Below, one piece after another: positions 33,196 through 35,514 of a DNA stretch of 35,514 bases. The notes beneath the pieces were generated by a model that saw only the letters and a program-made list of their open reading frames with translations, made no database searches and was not told the origin of the DNA. This DNA comes from Acidobacteriota bacterium (GTDB lineage: Bacteria > Acidobacteriota > Thermoanaerobaculia > Multivoradales > JAHEKO01), in contig JAOTZA010000001.1 in NCBI GenBank assembly GCA_029861655.1, forward strand, positions 1-35,514, in the 5' to 3' direction. Made by a program: the position numbers and the translations under genes. Each line of letters starts with the position of its first letter. The first letter of the stretch is position 1.

Positions 33196-35514
33196 ATGAC
33201 TCGAGAGATCCATGGAGTGGTTGTGAGAAAGAAGACAACGGTCTCTGTCCTGTGCCTACTGGGGCTTCTCGTCCTCGTCGGTTGCTCGGGCCATCAAGCC
33301 CTGCGCGCGGCACGCCAAGCCGAGCTGGTTGGCGACTGGGATCAGGCGGTCCTCAAGTATCTCGAGCTCTCCAATCGCTATCCGGACAGAGTGGAGTACC
33401 GGACCGGTCTGTTGCGCTCCAAGATCCGCGCCTCGCAGGGCCATTTTGAGAAGGGCAAGAAGTTTGTGGAGGCCGGCGCTCTCGAGCGTGGGTTTGCGGA
33501 GTACCAGCAGGCCGTGCAGCTCGATACCACCAACCAGTATGCGCAGATCGAGATGGAGAAACTGCGGGAAGTTCTGTTGCGGGACGAAGAGAGTCGCGCG
33601 GCGCCGGGTAATTTGAAGGACATCAAGGCGCGCAACCGAGGTGCGCGAGCGCAGCCGCCGGAGTTGAACCCCCGTTCGATCGAGCCGATCTCGCTCGAGT
33701 TCCCTAAACCGGTATCAGTCTTCGATATCTACAAGGCTCTCGGCCGCGCCTTCGGAATCAACGTGCTATTCGACCCCAAGTTGCGAGATCAGCAGATCGC
33801 GATCGAGCTGCGCGACGTCGTGGCGCAGGATGCCCTCGAGATCCTCATGCGTACCGCGAGCCACTTCTACAAGGTGGTCGACGAGCATTCGATCATCGTC
33901 GTCGAGGACAACCCGCAAAATCGCCGCAACTATGAGGATCTGGTCATCCAGACCTTCTTTCTATCCAACGCCGAGACGAAGGATGTTCTGACCATGCTAC
34001 GAAGCCTGGTGGGGGCGAAGAATATTGCTTCCTCGGATCAGCTCAACGCGATCATCCTGCGGGATACGGCCGACAAGGTGAAAGTCGCGGAGCGGATCAT
34101 CGACACCATCGACAAAGCGCGTGGCGAGGTCGTTGTCGACGTGGAGCTGCTGCAGATCAACACCAGTGTGCTCCAGGATCTCGGTGTGCGGCTCTCCGAG
34201 TACTCGGTGACGCAGCGACTCGATCAGCCCGAAGGTGGGATTAGGGTTTCCGACCTCGAGTTCATCAACCAGGGTAACTGGTTTCTGAATATACCCAGTT
34301 TTGTCTACAACTTCATGAAGACAAGCTCCGAAGCCGAGCTGTTGGCCAGCCCACAGGTGCGGATCAGCGACGGCGAGACCGCCTCGCTGACGATTGGCGA
34401 CAGCGTGCCGATTCCGGTCACTAGTTTCAATACCTCCCAGACAGTGGGTGGCAATATCGTTCCGCTGACTTCCTTCCAGTACCGAGACGTCGGTATCCGG
34501 GTCGAGATCGAGCCGCGGATTCATCACAACCGAGAGGTGACCTTGAAGATCACCGTCGAGGTGAGCAACCTCGGTGAGTCGATTCAGGCTGGAACTCAAG
34601 AACAGCCGGTCATCGGTACGCGGAATTTCGAATCGACGATCCGGCTCAAGAACGGTGAGACAAACTTTCTCGCGGGTCTTATCCGGACCGATGAGTCGCG
34701 CGACCAGGTCGGAGTCCCGGGTCTCTCCGACGTGCCAGTGCTGGGGCGGCTCTTTTCCAACAAAGGAACCGACAGGAGACGGACGGATCTCGTGCTGACC
34801 CTGACGCCGCACATCATCCGGACCGCCGATATCTCCGAGGAAGATCTGCTTCCAATCTGGGTCGGGACGGAAGCCAACATCACCTTCCGTGGCGGTAGTC
34901 CTCGCGTTGAATCAGAGGTGGAAGGCCCCTTCGAGCGCGAGGACGAGACCGACGCCGAACGGATTCGCGAAATGATCCGACGCAGGATCCAGAACCTTCC
35001 CAGAGGATTGCAGAATGAGGACACCGAGGAAGAGGATAAAGCGCCACCGGGGGTCGATCTGACGCCGGCGGCAGCGCCCTCCGATCCGTTCCGAAGCGAT
35101 GATGACGGAGAAGATGAGGACGATGACGGGGACCGAGCCTCGCTCGAACCGACATCGTTGATTTTTGTGCCCAGCGACAGAGGGATCTCCGACGAGATCT
35201 CGGTGGCGTCACTCAGCGCCGCTGCCGATGGCGAGGCGGTTTTGACCACGCCGGTGCGACTCCGACTGGCGCCGGCGAGTCTTCAGATCGGGCTTGGTGA
35301 CGAGCTCGATGTCACGCTCGAGATCCAGTCGGACGAAGCGGTTGCGCATCTGCCGGTAACTCTGGGTTTCGACCCGCGGGTGCTATCCGTGGTGCAGGTT
35401 TCGGGCGGTGATTTCCTTGACTCCCAACGCTCCGAGATCCTCGCCGATACTTCGGCCGCCGGGCGGCTTGTTCTGGGTGCCAGCCAGCTCGGAGAGGGCG
35501 GCGGTGTCATCGGC
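33196..35514 (+). CDS. Secretin (GspD/PilQ family) lipoprotein with N-terminal TPR-like module and C-terminal cohesin-like domain; 3' end outside window
   Basis: This ORF is not in the supplied track because it has no stop. My translation gives 773 open codons to base 35514. The likely true start is GTG 33223 (GGAG 7 nt upstream), giving VRKKTTVSVLCLLGLLVLVGC (lipobox LVGC). The secretin core includes LLASPQVRISDGETASLTIGDSVPIP, GIRVEIEPRIHHNREVTLKITVEVS, and GETNFLAGLIRTDES...VPGLSDVPVLGRLFS...DLVLTLTPHII. After the core come an acidic linker and LQIGLGDELDVTLEIQSDEAVAHLPVTLGFDPRVLSVVQVSGGDFL. Confidence 0.85.
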   Translation, partial: MTREIHGVVVRKKTTVSVLCLLGLLVLVGCSGHQALRAARQAELVGDWDQAVLKYLELSNRYPDRVEYRTGLLRSKIRASQGHFEKGKKFVEAGALERGFAEYQQAVQLDTTNQYAQIEMEKLREVLLRDEESRAAPGNLKDIKARNRGARAQPPELNPRSIEPISLEFPKPVSVFDIYKALGRAFGINVLFDPKLRDQQIAIELRDVVAQDALEILMRTASHFYKVVDEHSIIVVEDNPQNRRNYEDLVIQTFFLSNAETKDVLTMLRSLVGAKNIASSDQLNAIILRDTADKVKVAERIIDTIDKARGEVVVDVELLQINTSVLQDLGVRLSEYSVTQRLDQPEGGIRVSDLEFINQGNWFLNIPSFVYNFMKTSSEAELLASPQVRISDGETASLTIGDSVPIPVTSFNTSQTVGGNIVPLTSFQYRDVGIRVEIEPRIHHNREVTLKITVEVSNLGESIQAGTQEQPVIGTRNFESTIRLKNGETNFLAGLIRTDESRDQVGVPGLSDVPVLGRLFSNKGTDRRRTDLVLTLTPHIIRTADISEEDLLPIWVGTEANITFRGGSPRVESEVEGPFEREDETDAERIREMIRRRIQNLPRGLQNEDTEEEDKAPPGVDLTPAAAPSDPFRSDDDGEDEDDDGDRASLEPTSLIFVPSDRGISDEISVASLSAAADGEAVLTTPVRLRLAPASLQIGLGDELDVTLEIQSDEAVAHLPVTLGFDPRVLSVVQVSGGDFLDSQRSEILADTSAAGRLVLGASQLGEGGGVIG

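Noticed and set aside
33997-35249. Two long minus-strand ORFs (33997..34812, 271 aa; 34596..35249, 217 aa). These are the only long ORFs listed in this region.
   Set aside because: They are antisense shadows of the plus-strand secretin gene, which is open to the window edge and therefore missing from the track. Their translations are low-complexity (Ser/Arg/Pro-rich) with no recognisable domains.

Overview
High-GC, very gene-dense (about 95% coding) chromosomal segment from a diderm bacterium, shown by the lipid A and Kdo genes. The protein styles look Acidobacteriota- or Myxococcota-like, which I cannot verify here. I support 31 CDS, one intergenic tandem repeat, one sigma-54 promoter and one intrinsic terminator. 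I found no rRNA, tRNA, CRISPR array, transposase or integrase.

Layout:
- 1-2772: PmbA/TldD-family protein (5' partial), then a convergent TPR lipoprotein-like gene and a translationally coupled hypothetical.
- 2800-10331 (+): tightly packed run of selA, an NtrC-type sigma-54 response regulator, two tandem membrane-anchored alkaline-phosphatase-superfamily ('sulfatase') paralogs with a Thr nucleophile, and an AlgJ/AlgX-like SGNH protein.
- 10351-17260 (-): PMT/TMTC-like GT-C glycosyltransferase with TPRs, PAS histidine kinase, prepilin peptidase, terminator, type IV pilin behind a good sigma-54 promoter, and an M20 peptidase.
- 17253-21436: DegT aminotransferase, UbiA-type decaprenyl-phosphate phosphoribosyltransferase-like enzyme, and a split biotin carboxylase/BCCP.
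- 21421-25557 (-): LPS core/lipid A operon waaA-lpxK-(lpxL-like)-waaF, linked by 4-nt overlaps.
- 25633-35514 (+): the most interesting part. An ECF sigma/anti-sigma pair runs directly into a type IV-filament (T4P/T2SS-like) machine: a 238-aa mini-secretin-like protein, a PilC/GspF platform, a PilB/GspE ATPase, PilM, PilN, PilO, a PilP/GspC-like protein, and a large lipobox-bearing secretin with an N-terminal TPR-like module and a C-terminal cohesin-like domain.

The large secretin runs off the window end, so it is absent from the supplied ORF track. All functional calls come from motif recognition by eye; no searches were run.
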